From assembly GCA_965223545.1 (NCBI GenBank), contig OZ245006.1, positions 3,168,001-3,232,000 of the forward strand: DNA of 64,000 bases. Direction: 5' to 3'. Each line of letters opens with the position of its first letter. The first letter of the stretch is position 1. Below are positions 39,351 through 49,308 of the stretch, one piece after another. The stretch comes from Planctomycetota bacterium (GTDB lineage Bacteria > Planctomycetota > UBA1135 > UBA2386). The position numbers and the translations under genes are program-made. A model generated the notes under the pieces. The model was not told the origin of the DNA and searched no databases. It saw only the letters and a program-made list of their open reading frames with translations.

Positions 39351-40358
39351 TCAGCGGACGCTCGCCGGCGACCCTCGGCGGGCGGCGGCGACCACGTCAT
39401 CGACGCGCACGACGGTGCCCCCCGACGCCGCACTCTCCTCCGCTGCCGCCATGAAGGCGTAGATGGCCAAGGTCTCTTCTTCCGGCACAGGCACCCGCCG
39501 GTCGACGAAGAACTGCGCGATCGCCTCGACCAGGGGCCGGTAGCCGGTGAACCCAACCGAGTGCGTAATGCTCTCGCGACCGAACACCAGGGCGCCGTAG
39601 TCACGGTGGCCGTCGCGCACGCCGCGCAGCGTACCAACCCGCCCGTCGCTCCAGACTCCGGTCACGACGTCGGCGCCGGCCGTCCGCGTGCACTGCACGG
39701 TCTCGCAACCGGGCCCCATGACGGTGACCAAGATCTCGGCGCCGTGCACACCGTACCAGAACAGGCCGGGGTGGTGCGGCTCGGTGGGCGCCGGACTGAA
39801 CGCGACACAACCGACCGCGTCGCGACGCGCCGCGGGCCGGCCAAGCCGGGCGAAGTCGGGACAGAAGCGCAGTGCCGAGCTCGAGAAGCACGGCACTCCG
39901 CGCGCTCGCGCGCGGTCGAACAAACGCAACACGTCGCCCAGCGACGCCGCCACCGGCTTGTCGACGAACACGGGCAACTGCCGGGCGAGGACCGGTTCGA
40001 TCTGTTCGAGATGCTTGCGCCCATCGACACTCTCGAGCAGCACCGCGTCGACCTGGCCAACCAGCGTCTCGATGCTGTCCACGAGAGTGACCCCCATGTC
40101 CCGGATTTCGTCGCAGAACCGCTCGATCCGGTCCCGGCTGGCGGCGATGTCCGGACTACCGCCGGCGAACGCAGCCGTGACGCGCACCCTCGCCAGCGAC
40201 CCGCGCGCGTCCGGGGCGTTCAACAGCCGGGTGAAGGCGACGGCATGAGAAGTATCCAAGCCGATGATGCCGACGCGCAGGACCGGCGCCTCGCCGGTGT
40301 CCTGTGCCGCGCACGCGGCGGTCCAGCAGAACAACCATCCGATCGCCAGGGTGCGCAT
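39351..40358 (-). CDS. Gfo/Idh/MocA family oxidoreductase (secreted)
   Basis: RVGIIGLDTSH, FVDKP, WYGVHG. Confidence 0.88.
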   Translation of the reverse strand: MRTLAIGWLFCWTAACAAQDTGEAPVLRVGIIGLDTSHAVAFTRLLNAPDARGSLARVRVTAAFAGGSPDIAASRDRIERFCDEIRDMGVTLVDSIETLVGQVDAVLLESVDGRKHLEQIEPVLARQLPVFVDKPVAASLGDVLRLFDRARARGVPCFSSSALRFCPDFARLGRPAARRDAVGCVAFSPAPTEPHHPGLFWYGVHGAEILVTVMGPGCETVQCTRTAGADVVTGVWSDGRVGTLRGVRDGHRDYGALVFGRESITHSVGFTGYRPLVEAIAQFFVDRRVPVPEEETLAIYAFMAAAEESAASGGTVVRVDDVVAAARRGSPASVR

Positions 40359-40386
40359 TGCATCGAACAGTAGCCGATCACCGCCG

Positions 40387-41082
40387 TCACGACCCGCGGC
40401 GGGCGGGCTCCCGCTCCAACCACTCGCGGACCAAGTCTCCGTACGGGTCGGCTGCGGGCAGCGGCCACGAGGCCACCGGCGGCCGCGGGTCGTCGGTCGG
40501 CGCGAGCACCACGACCGCGGCGCGCAGCGCGGCATCGACACCGGGCACCTCGTGCGCCAGCGCTTCGACACTGCCGACGACCGCGTGCCGGGCCTCGCCC
40601 GCAGCGAGCATGTCCTGGGCCTCGACCAACGCCGCTCCCTCCTCACCGGGCTCCACCGACAAGCACAGGGTCGGTCCGCGCAGGCCGTGGCGCAACGCCA
40701 CTTCGCCCGCGCACGAGCTGAGCAACGTGTAGGGAAAGATCGAAGCCTGGACGATTCCTTCGCGCAGGCCACCGACGTACTGCAGGTCGACCTCGAGGCT
40801 GCCCCGCCGGGTCTCGGTGACCAGTGCGGCTCCGGCCCGCGCGCCGCCATCCAGCACGCCCTCCAGCCCGCTGGCCATCGCCGCCAGCGCCAGCGACCGC
40901 GACTGTCGGTCGAGGCGACGGAACGTGTCGTCGCGACGGCCGAACACGGTGCGCGGCGTGCTCCCCCTGCCGGGGGCCGCCACCCCGAGCTCCGACCAAG
41001 CAACCCGCACACCTGCGCTGCCGGCGATGCCGTCCCGATCGACGTGGCCAACGGCAATGATCTTGGGCTGCGGCACGGTCAC
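40387..41082 (-). CDS. Ketosynthase N-terminal-domain protein lacking the catalytic Cys (CLF-like)
   Basis: FRRLDRQSR, FPYTLLS..AGEVALRHGLRGP. The position of the ACAS motif is EEGA. Coupled to the upstream KS. Confidence 0.75.
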   Translation of the reverse strand: MTVPQPKIIAVGHVDRDGIAGSAGVRVAWSELGVAAPGRGSTPRTVFGRRDDTFRRLDRQSRSLALAAMASGLEGVLDGGARAGAALVTETRRGSLEVDLQYVGGLREGIVQASIFPYTLLSSCAGEVALRHGLRGPTLCLSVEPGEEGAALVEAQDMLAAGEARHAVVGSVEALAHEVPGVDAALRAAVVVLAPTDDPRPPVASWPLPAADPYGDLVREWLEREPARRGS

Positions 41083-42197
41083 GACGCGAACACCACCGCC
41101 TGCTGCAGGCCACCGAATCCACCCGCGACCTTGAGCGAACTCCGAGAGCGAGACAACTGCCGCGGCGCGCGCACCAACGCGAGACGATCGTCGACGCCGA
41201 CCGTGTCGAGCCCGACGTTGGCCGGCGCCATTCCGCGCTGTAGCGCGGCGATCGCGATCAACGATTCGATGATCCCCGCGGCGCCGAGGGTGTGCCCGAG
41301 CTGGGCCTTGCTGCCCACTGCCGGAGGCGTGCGGCCACCGAACACCCGGGCCAAGCCGCGCGCCTCGCTGGAGTCGTTGGCCAGCGTGCCGGTGCCGTGC
41401 AAGTGCACCAAATCGATGTCGGCGGGCTTCATCCCGGCATGCACCAAGGCACGCTCGGCGGCCACGGCCAACCCTCCGCCCTCGCGGTCGCACGCGGTGA
41501 CGTGACAGGCGTCGTTGCCGCCGCCAAACCCCGCGACGCGCATACCGACCGATTCCGCCTCGCGCGCGGACAACACCAGCGCGCCCGCGCCATCGCCCAG
41601 CGAGATGCCGCGGCGGCCGGCGTCGAACGGCCGGCACGGCTGCGGATCGAGGATGTGCATTCCGCTGAATCCGGCCAGGATGAACTGGTTGATCGCATCC
41701 GTGCCGACCACGAGCACTCGCTCTTCGCGACCGCTGGCGATGCGGCGCGCAGCCATGGCGATCGCGGCCAACCCGGAGGCGCACGCACAGGAGACGGCAC
41801 CGAGGACGGCGCGGCAACCGAGCGCGACCGCGACCCGGCGCGCCAGCCGCATCGGCGAGGCCAGGCCATCGCCGGGACAGTGGATGCCGGTCAGCTCGGC
41901 CTTGGTCGTCGCCAACACCAAGCCCACGGCGGCGGCATCGATCCAGGCTTCGGCCAGAGCCTCGCGGGCAGCAGCGACCGCGGCAGCCCCCGGCAACGAC
42001 GCTTCGTCGATCCCCTCGCACCAGGGATCGGCGGGGAACTCGGCGACGGCCTGTGCCGCAACCGCCACTGCCGCAGTGCGGCGGCGGGCGCGCAGCGCGC
42101 GCTCGCCGGCGAAGATCCCGCTCAGGAGGGCCGGGACGCCGGCGCCGAACCCGGTGACCGCACCGCGGCCAGAGACGTGCACCGCGCGACTCAGCAC
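41079..42197 (-). CDS. Beta-ketoacyl-ACP synthase (FabF-like KS)
   Basis: Catalytic triad motifs CACASG, HGTGT, SKAQLGHTLGAAG. Confidence 0.92.
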   Translation of the reverse strand: MLSRAVHVSGRGAVTGFGAGVPALLSGIFAGERALRARRRTAAVAVAAQAVAEFPADPWCEGIDEASLPGAAAVAAAREALAEAWIDAAAVGLVLATTKAELTGIHCPGDGLASPMRLARRVAVALGCRAVLGAVSCACASGLAAIAMAARRIASGREERVLVVGTDAINQFILAGFSGMHILDPQPCRPFDAGRRGISLGDGAGALVLSAREAESVGMRVAGFGGGNDACHVTACDREGGGLAVAAERALVHAGMKPADIDLVHLHGTGTLANDSSEARGLARVFGGRTPPAVGSKAQLGHTLGAAGIIESLIAIAALQRGMAPANVGLDTVGVDDRLALVRAPRQLSRSRSSLKVAGGFGGLQQAVVFAS

Positions 42198-42299
42198 GGC
42201 GTCGAGCGTGCGGCCGCGAAGGCAGATGGACCGGGAGCGGACATCGACGCGAATGCTAAGGCGGTGCCGGTGGAATCGCCGCTCTCGTTTTGGCCCCGT

Positions 42300-42929
42300 C
42301 TAGCGCGACGGCTCGAGCCGCGTCTCCTCGCGGGTCTCGATCACGAGCCGGTAGCCGAACCAGTGGTTGTCGACGACCGTGCGTCCCGGCGCGGCCCACC
42401 GTGGGTCGGCCCAGGTGTGGCGGACGACGATCTCGCCGGATGGCTCGCCGTCGACCCGGCGAAAGCGCCGCTCGAGCAGGCGGCCGCCCTCCCACCGTTC
42501 GGAGACCAGCTCGCCATCGACCTCGGCCGAGCGCTCGCCGGCGCCTTCACCCGCCAACCACGGATAGAACGCGCGCTGCACGTCGAGCAGGATGAAGCGC
42601 GGGGGAAACGGCAGGGGCTCGGAGGTGTTGTTCTGCAGGCTCACCTCGCCGTCGTGCAGCTCGATGGCGAACCCGACCCCGACCGGCGACAGCCCCAACA
42701 CCGTGAGCTCGTCACCGCGCTTCTGCACCACTGCGTCGAACCCACGCCGCTCGCCATCCCCCCACTGCGCCGAGACCCGCTGCCGCCACAGGACGTCGAT
42801 CGACAGGTCAGAAACAGCGCGCAGCTCACCGGGATAGTCGGCGTCTACGAGGCGCGGCCGGGGCGGCGACGCGCACGCCGCCATGCCGAGCGCCAACAAG
42901 AGAAGATCCCTCGACTTCGTTCTGCTCAA
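42300..42929 (-). CDS. DUF3261 family lipoprotein (ApeN-like)
   Basis: Lipobox MAAC, LTVLGLSPVG, PRFILLDVQ, YRLVIET. Position in an APE-type cluster. Confidence 0.75.
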   Translation of the reverse strand: MSRTKSRDLLLLALGMAACASPPRPRLVDADYPGELRAVSDLSIDVLWRQRVSAQWGDGERRGFDAVVQKRGDELTVLGLSPVGVGFAIELHDGEVSLQNNTSEPLPFPPRFILLDVQRAFYPWLAGEGAGERSAEVDGELVSERWEGGRLLERRFRRVDGEPSGEIVVRHTWADPRWAAPGRTVVDNHWFGYRLVIETREETRLEPSR

Positions 42930-45292
42930 GGCTCGGCGGACTCGACCGTCAACAGGACGCAGACGGTAGGCGCCACCAGGAGCGCGCACAAGGTGCCGAC
43001 GCCCGCCGTCAGACCGATTCCCGCCAGCGACGGCTGGCCGGAGCACGCCAGCAGCAAGAAGCTCCACGACGTGGTCACTCCAGAAACCGCCACCGCCAGC
43101 AGGGTCGCCTCGAGGGCGCCGCGATCGCCCCGCACTTCGGCCAGAAACACCCCGGAGTCGACGCCGAGGCAGACGACGAACAGCAGCGCCACCAGCGAGA
43201 GCGTGTTGAGCTCGACGCCCAGCAACGCCACCACGCCCATGGCCGCCGCGGCGGCGAGCACTGCCGGCAGGTAGGCGATCGCCGTCGGTCTCAGCGCGCG
43301 GTGGCGCAGCAACACGAGCAGCAAGACCGCCACCAGCCCACCGCCCAGCAGGCGGCTCATGTCAGCGCGGTACGCACCATAGGCGCGACTGAGCACGGCC
43401 TCGATGTCGACCAACCGCGCGCCGTCGATCGCCGCCAACCGCGACTGCACCGCCGCCTCGTCGGCCAGCTCGTGCAAGAAGCTGACGAAGCCGACGCGCT
43501 CGCCCAGAGTGACGCGGAAGGAGCGCACCAGCGGCGCCATGGCGCTGCTCTCCAGCGCGGCCCAGGTCAACGGTGCGGGCGGCTCCGTCGCCAGCGAGGC
43601 CTGCGCCTCGGCGAACGCGTCAGCGCGGAAGCCGTGCGCGGCGAGCGCCGCCCGCAGCCGTGGCCAGACCTCCTCGCCCCGCGCGGCCGCGTCGATCGCC
43701 CGCTGCCGCGACGCGCTCGGCAGCCAACTGGCAAGCGAGCGCACCGCGCCGAGCTCGCCGGCGTCGACGGCGGCCGACAGCACACCGTGCACCGCATCGT
43801 TCACCTCGAGCGCGGCCTGCTCGTCGCTGCCGACCGCGACCACCAGCCGCCGCTGCTCGTAGCGCGTCACGCGCTCGACCACCGCTCGGTCCTCGGCGAG
43901 CAGCGCGGAGTCCGGAGCGTTGAGTCCGGCCAAACTGTCATTCCAACGCAAGCGCGGCAGCCCGACGGCGGCCACCGCGACCGCGAGCACGACCGGCAGC
44001 GCGAGGACCCAACGCCGCGCACCGCGTGGCGACAGCAGCCGCGCCAGCCCGCGCGACGCCCAGCGCGCACAGCCGCCGGCCGCTCCGGCCCCGGCCAGCG
44101 GTGGCAAGAACGCCCAGGTCGCCGCCAGGGCGGCGGCCACCCCGGCTGCCGCGAACCACGCCAGCTCGCGCAACCCCGGGTAGGCCGACACCGACAGGGC
44201 GGCGAACCCCAGCACCGTGGTGGCGGCACCGAGCGTCAGCGCGGGCAGGATCCGTCGCAGCGTGCAGCGCGGCCCGCCGGCGGCAGGCGCCAGCACGTGG
44301 TGGCAGTAGAAGTGCACGGCGTAATCGACGGACACGCCGATGAGCGCGGCGCCGAAGGCCAAGGTGAGCCCGTGCACCGCGCCGCCGGTGAGCAACACCG
44401 CGGTGGTGCCGGCGAGGAAAGCGGCACCGAGCACCGGCAGGACCATGAACACCAGGCGGACCGAGCGAAACAACAGCGCGAACAAGACGGCCAAGCCGAG
44501 CGCCGAGCCGATGCTGACCCGCTGGATGTCACTCTTGATTGCCGCCTCCGCCGCGACGGCGTAGCGATGGGCACCGCTCTGCAGCAGCGACCATTCGGCG
44601 CCGGAGGCGCGGCGCACGCGCTCGAACGCGGCACGCACCCCGGCGAGGAAGGGCCGCTGCTGGCCGGCGTCCACCGACGACGCCCGAGTCGCCAGGAACA
44701 GGACCGCAGCCGTGCCGTCGCCGCTGACAAAGCGGCCGTCGATCACTTGCAGCCCCTCTGCCCTGCCGCCGAGCCAACTCTGGAACAGTCCGGGAAGGAT
44801 CAACAGCGGGTCTCCCGGCGCGACCCGCGTCAGCAACGTCGACATCGGCGACGCCAACCGGCGCTTGAGGCCGGCGACGGCGTCGCCGATCCCTTCGGTC
44901 GACAACACCCGCGCCGCGGCGTCGGCATCGCCCGCGACGAACGACCACCGCCGCGGGTGGTACAACCGCCAGAGCTCTTCCTCCAAGTCCGGCGGAGGCC
45001 CGCCGTCGACGAACGCCAGCTGCTCCGCGACCCCCGGCTGCGCGCGCAGCGCGGCCTCGAACTCGCGACTGGCCCGCACCGCCGCCTCGGTGCTGCCCGT
45101 CTCCACCAGCAGCACCAACATGCGCGACAGCTCACCAGCAGCCAATTGCTTGGCCAGGCGCACGTCATCGCCAGGCGCGCCGTCGGGCAAGAAGTGCGCG
45201 ACGTCGGTGTTCACCGCCAAACGCGCGGCGACGAACCACGCCATCACCGCGAGCGCGGCAATCCCGACGGCGGCCCGCCGGCCAGCGGTCAC
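42926..45292 (-). CDS. MMPL/RND-type exporter (ApeM-like)
   Basis: NTDVAHFLP, DPLL, IGVSVDYAVH, LGVDSGVF. Two TM bundles. Confidence 0.88.
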   Translation of the reverse strand: MTAGRRAAVGIAALAVMAWFVAARLAVNTDVAHFLPDGAPGDDVRLAKQLAAGELSRMLVLLVETGSTEAAVRASREFEAALRAQPGVAEQLAFVDGGPPPDLEEELWRLYHPRRWSFVAGDADAAARVLSTEGIGDAVAGLKRRLASPMSTLLTRVAPGDPLLILPGLFQSWLGGRAEGLQVIDGRFVSGDGTAAVLFLATRASSVDAGQQRPFLAGVRAAFERVRRASGAEWSLLQSGAHRYAVAAEAAIKSDIQRVSIGSALGLAVLFALLFRSVRLVFMVLPVLGAAFLAGTTAVLLTGGAVHGLTLAFGAALIGVSVDYAVHFYCHHVLAPAAGGPRCTLRRILPALTLGAATTVLGFAALSVSAYPGLRELAWFAAAGVAAALAATWAFLPPLAGAGAAGGCARWASRGLARLLSPRGARRWVLALPVVLAVAVAAVGLPRLRWNDSLAGLNAPDSALLAEDRAVVERVTRYEQRRLVVAVGSDEQAALEVNDAVHGVLSAAVDAGELGAVRSLASWLPSASRQRAIDAAARGEEVWPRLRAALAAHGFRADAFAEAQASLATEPPAPLTWAALESSAMAPLVRSFRVTLGERVGFVSFLHELADEAAVQSRLAAIDGARLVDIEAVLSRAYGAYRADMSRLLGGGLVAVLLLVLLRHRALRPTAIAYLPAVLAAAAAMGVVALLGVELNTLSLVALLFVVCLGVDSGVFLAEVRGDRGALEATLLAVAVSGVTTSWSFLLLACSGQPSLAGIGLTAGVGTLCALLVAPTVCVLLTVESAEP

Positions 45293-46005
45293 CGCACAGC
45301 GCGCTCGCCGCGCTTGGCCTCGCCGCCTTCGGCGCGCCCCGCCTCGACAGCGGCCGGACCGAACAGCTGCCGCCGCTCGGCCGCGCTGAAGCGGCGCCGC
45401 GGATCGGCGGCCGTGATCCGCGTCACCGAGCGGTCGCCGTTGGGCTCCTGCACCTCCAGCTCCTCGACCGCCGCGCCGACGCCACGCAGCTCCAAGACTC
45501 GCAGCATCTTCGTCAGCGGCTCGCGCCGCGGCACCAGCCGCAGACGCCATCTCCCGTCATCCGGCGCCGGCACGAACTCGATTTCGTAGGCCTCTGCCAA
45601 CCCGGCCCGATCACCGGACAGCACGCGCACCAACGAGGTCACGAACACCCGCAGCGCGTCGTTCTGCCGCAGGTCGATCACCTCTTCGCCGTCCTCCCCG
45701 CGCATCCGCAGAGTCTTCGGCGTGATCACCAACTCGGTGCGCTCCGGAGCGGTGACGTGCCGGGCGAGAAAGCCGGGGTGCAGATAGTACAGCCGCCCGC
45801 GACTCTCCAGCGGCACCGCCAACAGGGACAGGTGCTTCTCCTCGACGAACTCGGCCTGCAGCCCGCGCACTTCGGCCAGCAGCGCGAGCAACTCGTCGGC
45901 GGTCGTCGGCGAGGGCGCCGCGACCGCGGCGCCCTCGTGCTCAACCTGCTGCGCGGACAGAGGCGTCACGAGCAGACAGCAACCGAGGACGGAGGTGCGC
46001 AACAT
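45289..46005 (-). CDS. LolA-like carrier protein (ApeL-like)
   Basis: Signal peptide, AEFVEEKHLSLLAVPLESRG, WRLRLVP, EPNGDRSVTR. Confidence 0.85.
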   Translation of the reverse strand: MLRTSVLGCCLLVTPLSAQQVEHEGAAVAAPSPTTADELLALLAEVRGLQAEFVEEKHLSLLAVPLESRGRLYYLHPGFLARHVTAPERTELVITPKTLRMRGEDGEEVIDLRQNDALRVFVTSLVRVLSGDRAGLAEAYEIEFVPAPDDGRWRLRLVPRREPLTKMLRVLELRGVGAAVEELEVQEPNGDRSVTRITAADPRRRFSAAERRQLFGPAAVEAGRAEGGEAKRGERAVR

Positions 46006-46172
46006 TTCGTCGAGTCCAAAGCTTGGAGGCGTGGATTGTGTCGCGCTTCGACGACACAAGCCAGCGGTGTAGCGCAGACCGATGGGACACCGAGTGGCCG
46101 TGGTCCGAGCTTGGGTTTCACGGCAGCCGCCCCCTGCCCGAGCCGAAGCCCCTGCAGTAGAAGCCCACTGAC

Positions 46173-46871
46173 TCACGCCGGCCGCTCGCGGAAGTCCAAC
46201 CGCCCCCGCGACCGCCGCCACCCCCCCTTCAGCAGCCAGGTCCGCGCCCGCACCGTCGGCCGCGCCACCGGCTCCGACAGCTCCACCCCCTCGCGCCACC
46301 CGTCGAACCAGGGCCCGGACGAGTAGACGTCGATCGCCTGCCGCGGCCGCTGCCGGTGGTGCCAAGCATTCTGCAGCACATACACCAACGCCCGCCGCAC
46401 CTCCGTCGGCGAGCGCAGCACCCGCTCGTGAAACCGTTCGGCAAACACCCGCCCCGAACGCCCCCACAGCTTGTTCAACCCCCGCGCCATCCGCACCAAC
46501 AGCCCGGTCATCCCCCGCGTCAACGCCTCCCGATCCTTCGCCTCGACCAAGAGGTGCAAGTGATCGCGCTGCACCGAGAACTCCACCAACCGAAACCCGA
46601 ACCGCCCACACCCCGCCCGGATCCGCTCCACCAACATCCAGTAAGTCCGCGCATTCCGTAAGCCCGGCAACCCCCGACACAACCGCACCGTCACGTGCAA
46701 CGGATACCGCGCCACCAACGCCCCCCGCGCCAAGTGCGGCACCGTCTCATCACTCACCTTGGGCCGACCAGCCCCCTCCCGAGCCCCACCCCACTGCCGA
46801 AACGGCAACTCACCCTGCACCACCCCACGGCGTCGTCCACCGCGCCCCGATCGAACTGCCTTGCTCGTCAT
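46173..46871 (-). mobile_element. RAYT / IS200-like Y1 HUH transposase
   Basis: HVTVR, HUH motif DHLHLLVE, RFH, catalytic Tyr YVLQN. Strongly G-skewed coding strand, unlike the neighbouring genes. Confidence 0.85.
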
Positions 46872-46875
46872 TTGA

Positions 46876-46904
46876 ATTAGCGACCTTATCAAAGAGGGAG
46901 TCAA
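46876..46904 (-). promoter_or_regulatory. Possible sigma70-type promoter of the transposase
   Basis: Minus strand TTGACT-N17-GCTAAT, ending 4 nt before the ATG at 46871. Confidence 0.4.
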
Positions 46905-46986
46905 CATGCAAGAATCCGACAAGGAATCTGCGAAAGCGGCCGGCGAATCGCACGCTACCCTGCTCCCAACAATCTCGACTCCAGAA

Positions 46987-47088
46987 CTGAGGCGAGTGCG
47001 CTCCACTCCGCGACGAAAACCGCAATCTTGATTCCGCGACCTTCAGTCTAAGAGAGCCAGCCCATCAAATAGGATCGGGACCGCCGCC
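46987..47088 (+). repeat. Direct repeat, copy 1 (102 bp; copy 2 at 49369-49470)
   Basis: ctgaggcgagtgcgctccactccgcgacgaaaaccgcaatcttgattccgc… is near-identical in both copies. A further 24 bp is identical at 47177-47200 and 49471-49494. Confidence 0.92.
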
Positions 47089-47167
47089 CGCAGCTCCGTC
47101 ACCATCGGCGTCGGTCGCACCCTGTGCCTCGTCTTGGACCGATGCTGATGGTGATGGAGCTGCGGGC
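47086..47167 (+). repeat. REPIN-like long hairpin, copy 1
   Basis: Arms 47086-47116 and 47137-47167 (31 nt; 28 Watson-Crick plus 3 G-T pairs). The 20-nt loop contains an inner GCAC/GTGC hairpin. Confidence 0.9.
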
Positions 47168-47275
47168 AGCCCCGCTAGCTCTCGATCCAGAGGCCGAGGG
47201 AGCAAGCGCTCGCGCTTCCCTCTCCTGCTCCCACACACCTCCAGCTCCAGAGCTGAAGGCTCGCCTCACCACCAT

Positions 47276-49308
47276 GCCGAGTAGCCGCGGGGGGTTGCCC
47301 CCCCGCAGCTCTCACAGAACCGGACTTGTGGGTCACACATCCGGCTCTTCAGGACGGTATCCCCCAAAGGGGCCGCCAGTCGTAACGGCGCTCGTCCCAG
47401 AGCTTGGAAAGCGACACCAGCCGCTCAGCAAACCACTGATTGGGATAAGCGCGTTTGATCGCTCCCGAGTTGCTCTGCCACCACGTGCCACGCCGGCCAA
47501 ACGCGGTGCGTGCAGCCGACTGCCAGCTGCACCCACGGGCGACAAGGTCTCGGAAGAGGTATCGCGGTCTCTTCTTCTGCCGAATGATGATCGCCCGCAG
47601 GCGTCGTCGAATATGGCCATCGAGATTCCGCAAGGTCCGCCACGCGGCCTTCGTGATCAGCTTGAAGTAGCCGATCCAACCACGGAGGTAACGGTTCAGT
47701 CGTTCGATGCACCAGGACAGCCGACCACCCCAGGACCGCGGCGTAAGCTCACGGATTCGGGCGTCGATGCGATCCAGAGTGCGACGGGACAACTGCACCG
47801 TCAGCCAGCCCTTTCGAGTTGCGCCTACGCGAAACCCGAGGAAGTGCCGGCGATGGGCCAGGTCGACGGAACTCTTCGCTTCGTTCACTTTCAGTCGCAC
47901 GCGACGTTCGATGAACCTGCGAATCGAAGCCATGACCCGGTGTCCTGAGCGCTCGCTACCGACGTAGATATTGCAGTCGTCGGCGTAGCGCACAAAACGC
48001 AACCCGCGTCGTTCCAACTCCCAGTCCAGTTCGTCCAGGACGATGTTGGACAGCAGAGGTGATAGCGGGCCGCCCTGGGGCGTTCCTTCTTCCGTGATGA
48101 CGCGGGTGCCATCTGGAAGAACCACGTTCGCTTTCAGCATCAGGCGGATGATCCGCAGCACCCGACGGTCCTTCACCTTCTGAGCCAGCCGGTCCAGGAG
48201 GCGTTGGTGATGGACACGGTCGAAGAACTTCTCCAAATCGATGTCCACCGTGTACCGCCGACCCTGCTTCACGTAACCCGCTGCTTCGGCGATCGCTGTG
48301 TGGGCTCCCCGCCTCGGCCGGAAGCCGTGGCTGCTGTCGTGGAACGTCGGGTCGTAGATCGGCTCCAGAATCTGGCGCACGGCCTGTTGGACCCAGCGGT
48401 CGATCACGGTTGGAATCCCGAGACCCCGCTGCCCACCACTGGGCTTCGGGATCCACACCCGACGAATATCGCCGGGCGCGTAGGTCTCCATGAGCAGAGC
48501 ATCGCGGAGTTTCGGGAGCAGGTGTTTCGCATGACGCTTGACCTCTGACACCGTCTGTCCGTCGACGCCCGGGGCGCCCTTCTTGCTTACGACATGTGCC
48601 AGTGCGCTTCGCAGGTTGCCCTGCTCCGCGACCAGCTCCAGCAGATGGCAGTAGCCGTCCGCTGGCGGTGGAGCCGATTCCGATCGATGGCTGCAATCCG
48701 TCGTAGGCACCGACGTGGACTTCGTGGCAGATTCGTCTGCCCTTCCGGCCACGCCGTCCCCTTGCGGGCTCTCGGCGAAAGCGAACTGCAGTTGCCGTGG
48801 TTTCGGCTTTCTCATCCTGTCACCCCCTTCGCTCCACCGGCATTACCCGGCTTCATCACTACTACGGGGTGATCCGACTTCGCTGCATGCCTTGGTGGGT
48901 CGTCGTTGCCTCCTCCCCACCTACCGCTCGAAGCGGACACACAGAGATCTCCCTGGGTAAGAACGCAGAGTTTCGCGCCGCCGCCGGTTCCAGTACTCCG
49001 AGGTCGCGACTGGATATCGGGCGTCACGTTGGATGGCACGCTGACCCAGACCTCGAGAGCCTTACGGAACTTCGCTTTCGCTCGGTGCTGCGCTGCGTCT
49101 AGGGCTTCCATCCCACACGACCTCGCGGGAACAGCACGGCACGGTGTCCGTCCTGTTCTGGCATCCCGGATCAACACCGCGCACCGCCCTCTCGGACGGC
49201 ACACGGCTCCCCTTTCTGCCTCGTGCAGCTGCCTTCGACTCATGGTTTCCTCCAGTACGGATCCATAAAGAACTTTCATCTTCAACTCTGCGCCCATGCC
49301 AGGCGCAA
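47276..49308 (-). mobile_element. Group II intron (class C-like)
   Basis: 5' end TTGCGCCTGGCATGGGCGCAG. Short domain V GAGCCGGATGTG-TGACC-CACAAGTCCGGTTC (47317-47347). Domain VI with bulged A ending …GCTACTCGGC. Internal RT ORF. Confidence 0.88.
47349..48815 (-). CDS. ltrA: Group II intron reverse transcriptase/maturase (no endonuclease domain)
   Basis: KGAPGVDG, RGLGIPTVIDR, SHGFRPRR, DIDLEKFFD, GTPQGGPLSPLLSNI, RYADD, FLGF, X-domain LRGWIGYF. Confidence 0.96.
   Translation of the reverse strand: MRKPKPRQLQFAFAESPQGDGVAGRADESATKSTSVPTTDCSHRSESAPPPADGYCHLLELVAEQGNLRSALAHVVSKKGAPGVDGQTVSEVKRHAKHLLPKLRDALLMETYAPGDIRRVWIPKPSGGQRGLGIPTVIDRWVQQAVRQILEPIYDPTFHDSSHGFRPRRGAHTAIAEAAGYVKQGRRYTVDIDLEKFFDRVHHQRLLDRLAQKVKDRRVLRIIRLMLKANVVLPDGTRVITEEGTPQGGPLSPLLSNIVLDELDWELERRGLRFVRYADDCNIYVGSERSGHRVMASIRRFIERRVRLKVNEAKSSVDLAHRRHFLGFRVGATRKGWLTVQLSRRTLDRIDARIRELTPRSWGGRLSWCIERLNRYLRGWIGYFKLITKAAWRTLRNLDGHIRRRLRAIIIRQKKRPRYLFRDLVARGCSWQSAARTAFGRRGTWWQSNSGAIKRAYPNQWFAERLVSLSKLWDERRYDWRPLWGIPS

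Noticed and set aside
46872..47006. N-terminal extension of the transposase ORF, and ORFs 48812-49450 and 49062-49388
   Set aside because: These run through the promoter-like region, direct repeats and intron RNA, and show no protein motifs.
47086..47167. Hairpin as an integron attC site or rho-independent terminator
   Set aside because: No RYYYAAC/GTTRRRY ends, no extrahelical bases, no integrase or cassettes, and no U-tract.
47349..48815. RT as retron, DGR or defence RT
   Set aside because: It has an X/maturase domain and is flanked by group II intron 5' end, domain V and domain VI sequences.
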